Part shown: piece after piece, positions 47,476-57,383 of the stretch
Layout: the number at the start of each line of letters is the position of its first letter
Numbering within the stretch: the stretch's first letter is position 1
Assembly: GCA_965223505.1 (NCBI GenBank)
Contig: CBDCWP010000012.1
Location: 64,001 to 128,000, forward strand
Reading direction: 5' to 3'
Length of the DNA: 64,000 nt
DNA from: Planctomycetota bacterium
Lineage (GTDB): Bacteria; Planctomycetota; PLA2; JAEUHO01
Notes under the pieces: model-generated
What the model saw: only the letters and a program-made list of their open reading frames with translations
What the model was told of the DNA's origin: nothing
Database searches by the model: none
Position numbers and translations under genes: made by a program

Positions 47476-48783
47476 TTGATCGCGCGCCTGATCTGGCATC
47501 TCGGACCGTCGCGCCGCAACCGGGGCTGGCGACGCTACCTGCCGCGGATCGAGAGGCTGGCGGCCGGATCGCGCGACGATCTCGACGCGTGGCAGTCCGA
47601 GGCCCTATCGGATCACCTCGCGTGGATTCGTGAGGCCGTCCCGTACTTTCGCGATCGCGTCGCTTCGAACGACCTCGCGGACTTTCCGATTCTCACGCGG
47701 GCCGACCTGCAGAGCGGCCTCGAGGACCTGCGCGACGCAACGCGGCCGCGGGACGCGTTCAAGCTCGACGCCAGCGGCGGGTCGACCGGCAAGCCGGTGC
47801 AGTTCTTCCAGGACGACGCCTACTGGCATCAGGAGTTCGCGACCGAGGTGTTCCTGTCGCGTTGGTGGGGCGTGCGACCCTGGTCGCCGACCGCCTACCT
47901 GTGGGGGGTCGACGATCCGGCGTCGGTCTCCTGGAAAGCCAAGCTCGAGATGCGTTTGCTCGGAATCGCGGTGCTCGACGTCTTCGATCTGACCGACGCC
48001 ACGATGGGCGCGTTCCTCGAACGACTGCGCAGCCTGCGCCCCGCCTGCATCCAAGGCTACGTGTCGGCGTTGGACACCTTCGGCCGCTACGCGGCGGATC
48101 ATGGGGGGCTGGGGTTTCGCCCGACCATCGTGCGCTCCGCCGCCGAAGCGTTGGACGACGAGCGGCGCGCGCGCATCGAGGCGTCGTTCGACACGCGCGT
48201 CGTCGACGCGTACGGTTCGCGCGAGAGTGCGTCCATGGCCGCGCAGTGTCTGCACGGCAACTACCACGTGCTGTCGCACGGCAAGGTGATCGAGCTGGTC
48301 GACGAGAAGGGCGACGCCGTGTCGCCGGGTACGCCCGGCCGCGTGCTCGTCACCGATCTCACGAACCGCGCGTTCGGATTCGTTCGCTACGAGAATGGCG
48401 ACGTCGCGTCGTGGTCGCGTGCGTCCGCGTGCGACTGCGGCTGTCCGTATCCGATGCTCGAACGCATCCACGGGCGCACGTCCGACTTCATTCGTACGGT
48501 CGACGGCGCGCGGGTGCACGGCGAGTGGTTCTCGCACCTCTTCTACGGCAACGCCGCGGTCACGCGCTTCCAGGTGCGGCAGTCGCGCATCGACCGAGTC
48601 GAGATCCTGACCGAGGGGCCGGCTGGCGAAGCCGATCTCGCGCCCCTGCTTGCGGCGGTGCGCGAGCGCCTCGGCGACGGCGTCGAGGTGACCTGGCGAT
48701 CCGTCGATGCGATCCCGCTGACTCCTTCGGGCAAGTACCGCTTCACCGTCTCCGAAGTGCCGTTCGCGTCGGAGTCACCGTGA
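47476..48783 (+). CDS. CapK / phenylacetate-CoA ligase-like adenylate-forming enzyme
   Basis: ASGGSTGKP, YGSRE, TDLTNRAFGFVRYENGD, GRTSD, SGKYR. Confidence 0.88.
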   Translation: MIARLIWHLGPSRRNRGWRRYLPRIERLAAGSRDDLDAWQSEALSDHLAWIREAVPYFRDRVASNDLADFPILTRADLQSGLEDLRDATRPRDAFKLDASGGSTGKPVQFFQDDAYWHQEFATEVFLSRWWGVRPWSPTAYLWGVDDPASVSWKAKLEMRLLGIAVLDVFDLTDATMGAFLERLRSLRPACIQGYVSALDTFGRYAADHGGLGFRPTIVRSAAEALDDERRARIEASFDTRVVDAYGSRESASMAAQCLHGNYHVLSHGKVIELVDEKGDAVSPGTPGRVLVTDLTNRAFGFVRYENGDVASWSRASACDCGCPYPMLERIHGRTSDFIRTVDGARVHGEWFSHLFYGNAAVTRFQVRQSRIDRVEILTEGPAGEADLAPLLAAVRERLGDGVEVTWRSVDAIPLTPSGKYRFTVSEVPFASESP

Positions 48784-51700
48784 TTGCCGGCGGCGATCTG
48801 CGAGCGCGGTTGGACAACGGCTCCGCCGTGTTGCGCATCGACGCGCTCTACGCGGAGCGCGACGGCGAGGACGTTCTCGCCGCGCGACGATCGTGGCTCC
48901 ATGCCAACCCCGAAGGCGAACCGCTCAGCTGGTACGTGGCGCAGCCCGACGGCGACGTGCTCGCGGCGTCGGTGGTCGTGCCTCGACGGTGGACGGCGCG
49001 CGCGGTCGAGCGCGCGTCGATGTTCCCACCGGACGACTTCGTTGCGACCGCTTCGGACACGTCGCTTCACGACGATCTCGACACGGCCCGCGAACGCGAG
49101 ATCGGGCGCGAAGGCGTACAGCTTCGACTCGGGTTCGCGGGCGACGGCGACGCCGACGCGCTCACCTTGCACGTGCCGTTCTTCGTGCGGGAAGTACGTG
49201 GTCAAGGTCCGGTGCTTCGACTGCGCTCGGCGGCGCACGGACGCGGCGCGTCGCTGACCCGCGTCGCCGAGGTGACGGCCGCCTTCGACGATCTGTTCGA
49301 GCGCGCGCGCCACACGCACGGCGCGCTCGGCGTGCGCGACGCCCCGTACCTGCGCTGGCGCTACATGAGCGGTTCCGCGCCCGCGGAGCTCCATGCGTGG
49401 GAGGAGGACGGACGCGTGCGCGGCTGGGTCGCGCTGCTGCGCCACGACGACGGCGAGGTCGAGCTGTTCGACGCGCTGGCGGAGCGGCCGGCGGACGCGC
49501 GGCGACTCGTGGCGGGGGCGGTGACGACGGCCCGTTCGCTGGGGGACGTCGTCGCATTGCACGCGCACTGGAACGGTCGCAGCGCGTACGGCCGGGCGCT
49601 CGCCCGCTGCGGCTTCCGGAAGGAGCCGGGGCCCGCGGTCGCGATCCGCGGCGATCGGCAGGGATTCCCCGAGGATCCCGGCCACTGGCACCTCACGCGC
49701 GCCGACCTCGACCCGTGGGAGCGCACGGTCCTGTACGAGGCTGTGCCCGACACCGCGCCGCCGAGCCGCGTCCTGTTCCTGATGGACATCTACGCCGACC
49801 GCTACGGGGGCACGGAAGGCCAGGTGGCCACGCTGATCGAGAACCTCCCGCCGACCTGGGACGCGCAGCTGTGGGTGTTGCAGACGTCGGCGTACCTGCG
49901 CCGCGGCGGGATCGACTGCCCGACGCGCGAGCTGTCGCTGCCGCCCGCGTGGAGTCCGGCCTTCTATCCGCGATTGCGGTCGGTCGCGAGCACCGTGCGC
50001 GCGGAGGGCTTCACGCTCATTCACGCGCTGCATCACGACACCTGCTCCGTCGCGCCGCTGCTGGGCGCGCTTGCCGGCGTGCCGGTATTGACGTCCCGCC
50101 GCGACTTCGGCTACTGGCAGACGCCGCGCAAGCTCGAGGTGCTGCGGCGCGTGAACCGACTGGCCGACATGGTCGTCACCAACGCCGAGGCCGTCGCACG
50201 TCGCACGGTGCGCGAAGAGTGGGTGCCGCCGGCCCGCGTCTTGACCATCCCCAACGGCCATCCGGCGGAGCGCTTCCTGGCGGCGCCGAGCCGGACGTTT
50301 CGGGCCGCCATCGGCGTGGACGACGATGCCCGGCTTCTGTGCCTCGTCGCGAACTTCCGTCCGATCAAGCGTCAGGCGGACCTGGTCGACGCGCTCGCGC
50401 AGCTCGGCAAGAAGTTCGCGAACGTGCACGCCGTGTTCATCGGCGAAGACGACGCGAGCGAAGCGCTCGCCAAGGCCGACGCGCTCGGTGTCGCCGATCG
50501 CGTGCACGTGCATCCCCTTTACGAGGACGTGGTGCCCGCGCTCAAGCACTGCGAGCTCGGCGTCCTGTGCTCGGAGAGCGAGGGCCTCTCCAACGCGATC
50601 ATCGAGTACATGGCTTGCGGCCTGCCCGTCGTCGCGACCAACGTCGGCGGCAACCCGGAGCTCGTCGAGGACGGTGGGAACGGCTTTCTCTACGAGACGG
50701 GCAACACCGCCCAGCTCGCGAACCTGATCACGCGCATCATGGGCAACAAGCGCGTTCGCCAACGCATGGGGCGCGCCTCGCGGAAGCGGTTCGAGGCCCA
50801 TCACCGGCTGTCGGACATGGTCAACGCCCACGTGGACGTCTACGAGACCGTCGTGGCGGAGCGCGAGGCGAACGGCGCCGCGTCACTTTCGTGTTCGGTG
50901 CTCACGCGCGTCGACGACCTCGAGGCGCTTCGCGACGAATGGGAAGCGTTGCTGCGCCCGGACCAGTTCTTCCTCGGCCCGACGTGGGTTCTCACCTGGC
51001 TGCGTTGGTCGCAGGCGCGCCCTTGTGTCGCGGTGGCACGGGACGGTCGCGGGACGCTGGTCGGCTTGCTGCCCCTCGCCTGGAACGGGCGCGCGCTCGA
51101 GTTCTGCGGTCAGCGCCTGGGCGCCGACCATCTCGACGTCGTGGCGTCGCTCGGCCGCGGGCCCGACGCCGCTGCGGCGCTCTTGCGCGCGCTCGACGGA
51201 CTGAAGTGGAAACGTCTCGACCTGCGCCACGTGAGCGAGGACGGCGTGCTCAGGCTGGCGCTGCACGACGCGCGCGGGGCCGTTCGGTTCGGCGAGCGGT
51301 TCGCGACGCGCTGCTACTACGTCGAGGCGCCGGACGGATGGGACGCGTATCTCGACGCGCACTTCACCAGCAAACCTCGCACGCGTCTCGTGCGCGGCGT
51401 GGAGAACTTCCTCTCGCGTGAGGGTGCCCACGTCGAGCGCGTCACGGCGCCCGACGATTGCGCCGGAGCCATGGAGCGGCTGTTCGCGCTGCACGCGTCA
51501 CGTGCCGAGAGCGCGGGACGCCGCAGCACGTTCGCAGGAAAGGCACGCCGCGCGTTTCACGAGACGCTTGCGAAGACGCTCGCAGAGAAAGGTCGGCTTC
51601 ACTGCGTCTTCCTCACCGTCGCCGGCAAGGACATCGCCGTCGACTACGGTTTCGTGTGGCAGGGCAAGGTCTACGGGTTCCAGAGCGGCATGCGTCCCGA

Positions 51701-51956
51701 TGCCGAGACGGAGAATCCGGGGACCGTGCTCGGCACCATCGTGCTGCAGGACGACACGTTCGGCGCGGGCCGGCGCGAGTACGACTTCCTCGACGGCGAC
51801 GAGGCCTACAAGGCGCGCTGGGCCACCGGGGAGCGGCGGCTCTACGACGTCACCGTGTATCCGCGCACGAAGATGGGGCGGCTGAAGAGCGTGGGCGCGG
51901 GGGTCTTCGCGCTCATGAAGAACGCGGTCAAGCGTCGTCTGAAGCGCCGGGGGTGA
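48780..51956 (+). CDS. Fusion of GNAT-like + GT4 glycosyltransferase + CelD/BcsL-like GNAT
   Basis: VRDAPYLRWRY (N-terminal); GGTEGQ...SEGLSNAIIEYMACGLPVV (GT4); ADHLD...YDFLDGDEAYKARW (C-terminal); GTGA overlap. Confidence 0.85.
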   Translation: MIAGGDLRARLDNGSAVLRIDALYAERDGEDVLAARRSWLHANPEGEPLSWYVAQPDGDVLAASVVVPRRWTARAVERASMFPPDDFVATASDTSLHDDLDTAREREIGREGVQLRLGFAGDGDADALTLHVPFFVREVRGQGPVLRLRSAAHGRGASLTRVAEVTAAFDDLFERARHTHGALGVRDAPYLRWRYMSGSAPAELHAWEEDGRVRGWVALLRHDDGEVELFDALAERPADARRLVAGAVTTARSLGDVVALHAHWNGRSAYGRALARCGFRKEPGPAVAIRGDRQGFPEDPGHWHLTRADLDPWERTVLYEAVPDTAPPSRVLFLMDIYADRYGGTEGQVATLIENLPPTWDAQLWVLQTSAYLRRGGIDCPTRELSLPPAWSPAFYPRLRSVASTVRAEGFTLIHALHHDTCSVAPLLGALAGVPVLTSRRDFGYWQTPRKLEVLRRVNRLADMVVTNAEAVARRTVREEWVPPARVLTIPNGHPAERFLAAPSRTFRAAIGVDDDARLLCLVANFRPIKRQADLVDALAQLGKKFANVHAVFIGEDDASEALAKADALGVADRVHVHPLYEDVVPALKHCELGVLCSESEGLSNAIIEYMACGLPVVATNVGGNPELVEDGGNGFLYETGNTAQLANLITRIMGNKRVRQRMGRASRKRFEAHHRLSDMVNAHVDVYETVVAEREANGAASLSCSVLTRVDDLEALRDEWEALLRPDQFFLGPTWVLTWLRWSQARPCVAVARDGRGTLVGLLPLAWNGRALEFCGQRLGADHLDVVASLGRGPDAAAALLRALDGLKWKRLDLRHVSEDGVLRLALHDARGAVRFGERFATRCYYVEAPDGWDAYLDAHFTSKPRTRLVRGVENFLSREGAHVERVTAPDDCAGAMERLFALHASRAESAGRRSTFAGKARRAFHETLAKTLAEKGRLHCVFLTVAGKDIAVDYGFVWQGKVYGFQSGMRPDAETENPGTVLGTIVLQDDTFGAGRREYDFLDGDEAYKARWATGERRLYDVTVYPRTKMGRLKSVGAGVFALMKNAVKRRLKRRG

Positions 51957-51998
51957 GCCGCGCGGCGACCGCCGACGTGTTGCGCGCGCCGGGACGAG

Positions 51999-53072
51999 CT
52001 ACGTGAGCGCCGCGTACACGGCCTCGAGCGCACGCGCTTGCCGCTCTGCCCCGTAGGCGTCGGCCACCCGCTCGGCAGCGGCCGCGACCTGCGCATTCGT
52101 TTCGTCTTCCATCGCCGCGCACATCGCCTCGGCCAACGCCGCGGCGTCTTCGGCGGGCACGAGCCGTCCGCATCGGCCGTTCGCCAGCGCGTCGGCCACC
52201 CCGCCGACGTCGGTCGCCACGATCGGGCGCCTGGCCGCCATGGCTTCGAGCAACGCGAGCGGCAGCCCCTCGCTGCGTGACGGCAGCACGAAGCCGTCGG
52301 CGGCGCCCAGGCACGCCCACGGGTCGTCGCGCCATCCGAGGAAGCGGACCCGTTCGCCGGCGTCGGCTTCCAGCGACGAACGCAGCGCGCCGTCGCCGAC
52401 GAGCACGAGCTCCGCGTCATGCACGGCGGCGAATGCGCGCACCAAGACGTCCTGTCCCTTCTCGGGACTCAGACGGCCCAGCGCGAGCCACACGAACGCG
52501 TCGTTCACGCCCCACACATCGCGCAGGGCCGCGCGGCCCTCCTCGGCGGCCGTTGCGACCGCGTCGGCGTCGATGGCATTGGGCACGACGTGTACGCGGT
52601 TCAGGCTCACGCCCGCCCTCACCAGAGGGTCCGCCGTCGCTTGCGACACGGCGATCACGGCGCCGACGCGCCGCAACAAGCGGCGCTCGAGCGCCTCGAA
52701 CACGCGGATCTTGCGGTTCTCCGCGGTGTAGCCGTGCACGACCGCCGCCCGCGGCATCGTCAGCGCCTCGCCCGCCGTCTGCAGGAGCACGTTGGCCTTG
52801 TAGTCGTGACCGACGACGAGGTCCGGCGCGACCTCCCGCAGAAGCGACTTGAGGCGTCCGATCAGGAACGGGTCGTAGCTGTTGCGTTGCGGCAGGACGT
52901 GTGTCTGGATCCCGCGCGCGCGCGCCGCTTCGAGCAGCGGGTTCGCTGCGCCGCGCGTCTCGAACGACGCGATGGACATGTCGAATCCGTCCGACGCGAG
53001 GGCGCACTGATTCAGGAGCAGACGCTCCGGTCCGCCGAGCAGGTCGCTGTTGCGGAGGTGAAGGACGCGCAT
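51999..53072 (-). CDS. Glycosyltransferase family 4
   Basis: GGPER, GRLSPEKG, PSRSEGLPLALLEAMA. Confidence 0.92.
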   Translation of the reverse strand: MRVLHLRNSDLLGGPERLLLNQCALASDGFDMSIASFETRGAANPLLEAARARGIQTHVLPQRNSYDPFLIGRLKSLLREVAPDLVVGHDYKANVLLQTAGEALTMPRAAVVHGYTAENRKIRVFEALERRLLRRVGAVIAVSQATADPLVRAGVSLNRVHVVPNAIDADAVATAAEEGRAALRDVWGVNDAFVWLALGRLSPEKGQDVLVRAFAAVHDAELVLVGDGALRSSLEADAGERVRFLGWRDDPWACLGAADGFVLPSRSEGLPLALLEAMAARRPIVATDVGGVADALANGRCGRLVPAEDAAALAEAMCAAMEDETNAQVAAAAERVADAYGAERQARALEAVYAALT

Positions 53073-53076
53073 GAGG

Positions 53077-53985
53077 TCAGCGGGCCGTCACGAGCTCTTC
53101 GAGCTGCGCCGGACGCACGGGCTCGCCTTCGTCCAGCCGCGCGAGCACCTCGGAGACGGTCCCGAACCGGAACGACGCCAGCAGTCCTTCCAACCGGCCG
53201 TGCATCTTGTCGAGATTGACGTAGTGCCGCAGCTTTGCCGTCCGACCTGCCGCTTCGATGCGCGGCTGATCGGGATCGACCTCCCACGGGTGCAAGTACG
53301 TGATCGCCGGCGTGCCGTCCTTGTTGGCACGACGAATCGCGTGTCGCATGACGGCCGGTGGCAGCACGCGCATCCAGCCGCCGCCCGCGACCGGCCAATT
53401 GCGGCGCAGGAGACGCCAGGTCGTCATCGGAAACTCCCAGAGACAGCGTCCGTCGTCGTCGCAGAGGCGCACGGGTGCGCGCGGGAACTGCGGAATGCCG
53501 TAGCGGTCGTGTCGGACCGGAAAGACGCTGCTGCTGAACGTGTAGCCTTCGTCGCGCAACACGTCGAACGCCCACAGGGTCTGCGGCGTGATCGAGAAGC
53601 TCGGCGCGCGAAAGCCCTCGACCTCGACGCCGCACGCGGTGTGGATTGCGTCCGCGGCGCGCCGCAAATCGTCGCGGAAGGTCGCCGCGTCCATGCTCGA
53701 CACCAGCCGGTGCTCGTACCCGTGCGAGGCGATCTCGTGCCCGGCGTCGCGGAGGTCCCGCAGCAGCGCCGGAAACCGGTCCGCGACCCAGCCGAGCGTG
53801 AAGAACGTGGCCTTGACGCCGTGCGCGTCGAAGAGCGCCATGAGTGCGCGCGTGTTGCGCTCGACGCGCGGCGTGCGTTCGTCCCAGGTGGCGCGATCCA
53901 CGACGCCTTCGAACGCGGACACCTGGAAGTAGTCTTCCACGTCCACGGTCATGGCGTTCAGCATGCGGTCGTCCGTCGGGTTCAC
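53077..53985 (-). CDS. Polysaccharide deacetylase, XrtA/PEP-CTERM-system type (DUF3473)
   Basis: TVDVEDYFQV, ATFFTLGWVA, ASHGY, FRAPSFSI, HDRYG, YLHPWE.DPDQP. Confidence 0.92.
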   Translation of the reverse strand: MNPTDDRMLNAMTVDVEDYFQVSAFEGVVDRATWDERTPRVERNTRALMALFDAHGVKATFFTLGWVADRFPALLRDLRDAGHEIASHGYEHRLVSSMDAATFRDDLRRAADAIHTACGVEVEGFRAPSFSITPQTLWAFDVLRDEGYTFSSSVFPVRHDRYGIPQFPRAPVRLCDDDGRCLWEFPMTTWRLLRRNWPVAGGGWMRVLPPAVMRHAIRRANKDGTPAITYLHPWEVDPDQPRIEAAGRTAKLRHYVNLDKMHGRLEGLLASFRFGTVSEVLARLDEGEPVRPAQLEELVTAR

Positions 53986-55355
53986 GCGATCTCCTTATCG
54001 GCGTGCGTTGCGTCCTCGTCGTCCTCCGGATCCGGCACACACGTACAGGCCACGATCATGAGGCCGGACCACCAGAACCAGCTGGATCGCGTCAGATTGT
54101 GGGCGCCGAGGCCGGAGACCAGCAGCAGGCCCAACCCGAACAGCATCGCGCGGACGAAGTCGATCTGCGCGCGGTCCCAGGCGCCTTGTGCTCGGCGCTT
54201 GCGCTTGCGGATCTCCCGCAGACCGAAGGCGAAGGAGGTGACGAGGAAGCCGAGGAACGTGAGCGATCCGACGAGGCCGCGCGTCGCGATCAGCTGGCCG
54301 GCGAGGTTGTGCGGCATCAGTGCGTTGCCGTCGACGCGCCGCGTGCGGTAGACCGGCCAGTTGCCGGGTCCGATGCCGATCACCGGGTTGTCCTTGAAGA
54401 TGCGCCAGGCGACCACGTACCCCTCGACGCGACCGACGGTGGAGCCCTCCTTGGTGTACGTCTCGAGCGACACGAGGCTCTGGATGCGCTTGACCTGGTT
54501 GTCGGACAGCCCGGCGGCCATGCCGCCGCCAAGCGCCACCACGCAGGCGATCGCGAGGACCTTGGGCCATCCGCGGGGCAGGATCCAAAGCGTCCAGATC
54601 CCCGTCAGGCCGATCAACACCAACGCGGAGCGGCTCGACGTGTAGAACGCTGCGATCAGCGCCATGCCGCAGTACGCGAACGCACAGACCCGGAGCGCGA
54701 GCGAGCGCGCGTGCAGCAGGACCCACACCATGAGCGGGAGCGCGAACACGATCGTCGCGCCGAACGAGTTGGGATCCGCGTTGGAGCTGCCGATGCCCAT
54801 CATCCGAACCACGCCCATCGTGTAGTCGTGCCGTCCGTGCTGCCACTCCCAGAAACTGAGCACGAGGAAGGTGCCGACACCGGCGCAGAACACGAGCACC
54901 GTGATCAGGAATTCCCGCCGCGTTCGCACGACGCAGACGATCAGCACGAACGCGACCATCGAGATCAGGTGATCGATGAGCGGGTCCGTCGCCGCTTCGA
55001 GATCGTAGGCCCACACCGTCGCCATCAGGCAGGCGACGGCGTACGCCGTCAGCCAGCGCGCCTGGGCGAACCGGAACATCGTCTGCGGCTGCCCATGACC
55101 GGCCAGCCCGCGCCCGACGAGGAGGGCAAGCGACAGTGCGCCGAGGAAGAACCGTGGCCGCGCGTCGCTGAGGAACGTCCAGTGCTCGTCGATCAGGCTC
55201 AGCGCGAAGAACAGGTAGAGCTGCAGGATCCAGAACTGCGGCGACAGGCCGCGAAGGCGCGTCGACGAGAACGAGAAGAGTCCGGGCCGGGCCACCTGGT
55301 CGCGCGGCGCGTCTGCGCGCGGCACCGTGAAGGTCTCCGTCGTCACGGCGCTCAC
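53982..55355 (-). CDS. O-antigen ligase / Wzy-like polymerase
   Basis: Multiple TM; DPNSFG, TSSRSA, NPVIGIGPGNW, PHN...GLVG. Confidence 0.85.
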   Translation of the reverse strand: MSAVTTETFTVPRADAPRDQVARPGLFSFSSTRLRGLSPQFWILQLYLFFALSLIDEHWTFLSDARPRFFLGALSLALLVGRGLAGHGQPQTMFRFAQARWLTAYAVACLMATVWAYDLEAATDPLIDHLISMVAFVLIVCVVRTRREFLITVLVFCAGVGTFLVLSFWEWQHGRHDYTMGVVRMMGIGSSNADPNSFGATIVFALPLMVWVLLHARSLALRVCAFAYCGMALIAAFYTSSRSALVLIGLTGIWTLWILPRGWPKVLAIACVVALGGGMAAGLSDNQVKRIQSLVSLETYTKEGSTVGRVEGYVVAWRIFKDNPVIGIGPGNWPVYRTRRVDGNALMPHNLAGQLIATRGLVGSLTFLGFLVTSFAFGLREIRKRKRRAQGAWDRAQIDFVRAMLFGLGLLLVSGLGAHNLTRSSWFWWSGLMIVACTCVPDPEDDEDATHADKEIA

Positions 55356-56971
55356 GGGTTCACCGCCTCGGGCTGCACCGGCGGCGCGTCGGTCGACCTG
55401 CGCACCACGCGTTGGAGCACCAACGCGATGCCGAAGTAGAGCGCCGCGCATCCCAACGCGCTGCCGATCAGCATCGGCCATCCGTGGGACGCGCGCGTGT
55501 CGACGCCGAACCACAAGGCGAGTGCGGTCAGGGCGCCGGCCAGGATCGGCAGCGCCCACACGTGCAGCGTGTACCGCAGCCAGCTCATCGCGAACTCGCG
55601 GCAGATGAACACCGGCATGAGCACGAAGTGCACGAGGAAGCCCGGGATCGCCGTGCCCATGGCCACGCCGGCGATCCCGAACGGACGCACGAGCGCGAGG
55701 CTGAGCGCCAGGTTGAGACCGCCCTCGAGCGCGGAGAACCCGGCGAGGGAGCGCATGCGATTCGTGCCGTAGTGGGTGGCGACGAGCGGGAACGAAGCGA
55801 TCGGCGCCGCCGCGCCCAGCGCCATGATCAACAGGGGCAGCTCGCCGTGCTCGCGGAACGCCGACGAGCCCAGCCAGCGCTCCAGAAACGCGCCGCCCAT
55901 GAACATCAGATAGACGAGCACGGGGGCGGAGATCAGCAGCATCGTCCGCGCACTGCCGCGCAGGAGCGACCGGATCTCGGGTGCGCTGCGGCCCTTCTCC
56001 GCTTCGAGCGCGCCGATCGCCGGTGTCAGCACGCGTCCGACCTGCCACAGCATCGAGCGCGTGTAGACCGCGAGCTTCGCCGGCAGCGCGAAGAACGTGA
56101 CCATGGGCAGCGTCAGACACGCGCCGATGACCCAGGCGTCCGTGTCGTACGTCAGCTGCATCGCGACGGCGACGACGATGTTCAGACCGCCGAACGCGAG
56201 CAACGCGCGCGCGCGCTTCCCGTTCGCAAGCCGCGGCGCGAACTGCAGCCACGGAGTCAGCCGGAAGGCGTCGATCGACTTCCACGTCATCTCGACGATC
56301 TCGGTCAACAGGTTCGCGAGCGCCAGCCCGACGAGGCCGTAGCCCTGGTGCAGGACGAATACGACTGCCGCGGTGCGGATGAGCGTGCAGAACAAGTCGG
56401 TCCGGCAGGTGATGTCGAACCGTTGGCGTCCGATGAGCACGGCGCTGAACGCGTTCGGCGGCATCGTCACGGCCAGCGTGAGGCCCGTCACGATGACGGC
56501 CCACGCCGCGTCGCTGCGAAGAGCCGCCGGCACGCCGAACGCGGCGGGCAGGACCTGCGACGCGGCGACGCTGCCCAGCAACACGACGACGCCGCCCGCG
56601 GCGAACGTGACGAACGCCGTGTTGACGAACCGGTTCACCTCGTCGGGCGCCTTGAGCGCATCGTGCTTGGCGATGAAGTGGACGATGGCCGGGCGGATGC
56701 CGAAGTCGGCGAAGCCGAAGTAGCCCGTCATCGTCATGACGATGGCCCAGATGCCGTACGCCTCGGTGCCGAGCTTGCCCACGATGTAGGGCGAGAGGAA
56801 GTAGACGACCAGCGCGTTGAGCGCGAACGTGCTCCAGTTCCAGAGCGCGTTGCGCGTCAGGACCCGCCGTTGGCTGCCGGGGGCGCCGAGACGACCACGC
56901 AGCCGCCCCCACACGCCCGGGGAGGGGGCGGCGGCGCCGTCGGCGTCGGAGGAGGGCGGCGAATGTCGCAT
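55352..56971 (-). CDS. wzx: Polysaccharide flippase (Wzx)
   Basis: RNALWN, LGTEAYG, DFG, about 12-14 TM, GIAGVAMGT; start uncertain. Confidence 0.85.
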   Translation of the reverse strand: MRHSPPSSDADGAAAPSPGVWGRLRGRLGAPGSQRRVLTRNALWNWSTFALNALVVYFLSPYIVGKLGTEAYGIWAIVMTMTGYFGFADFGIRPAIVHFIAKHDALKAPDEVNRFVNTAFVTFAAGGVVVLLGSVAASQVLPAAFGVPAALRSDAAWAVIVTGLTLAVTMPPNAFSAVLIGRQRFDITCRTDLFCTLIRTAAVVFVLHQGYGLVGLALANLLTEIVEMTWKSIDAFRLTPWLQFAPRLANGKRARALLAFGGLNIVVAVAMQLTYDTDAWVIGACLTLPMVTFFALPAKLAVYTRSMLWQVGRVLTPAIGALEAEKGRSAPEIRSLLRGSARTMLLISAPVLVYLMFMGGAFLERWLGSSAFREHGELPLLIMALGAAAPIASFPLVATHYGTNRMRSLAGFSALEGGLNLALSLALVRPFGIAGVAMGTAIPGFLVHFVLMPVFICREFAMSWLRYTLHVWALPILAGALTALALWFGVDTRASHGWPMLIGSALGCAALYFGIALVLQRVVRRSTDAPPVQPEAVNP

Positions 56972-57239
56972 CCGTGCATCAGATCGGCCGGATCCGGCCA
57001 CAATTCCCATGATTGGAGGCAAAGCGTATGCCGACAAGGGGTTGGGGCGGTCCGAGGCGCCCCGTCGGGCCCACGACGTTGCAATTCAGCCACATCCCTG
57101 CTTCGTGGACCCGAAGACAGGGTCTGCAAGCCCTCGCAAGGCCTCCAATTGTCGCGCAATCGAAACGCGAGGCGGCCGGGATGTGGTACGAGATGGACGT
57201 CGTGACGCGTCGGGGAACCGGAAGCAGCCCGAAAGGCCG

Positions 57240-57255
57240 TGGCATTCGCCTTGCT
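57240..57255 (+). promoter_or_regulatory. sigma54 (-24/-12) promoter of the EPS core operon
   Basis: TGGCATTCGCCTTGCT, near-consensus TGGCA-N6-TTGC. Confidence 0.75.
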
Positions 57256-57383
57256 CATTGGGGAGCGCGCGCGGAAGCCTCGGCCCCGCCGCCGCCGAAC
57301 AAGATCCGAACGTGGCGACCGGCGACCTTGTGGTTGCCTCCGCCGCTTTGGAGCATTGGACGATTCCCAAGGAACGACGATTC

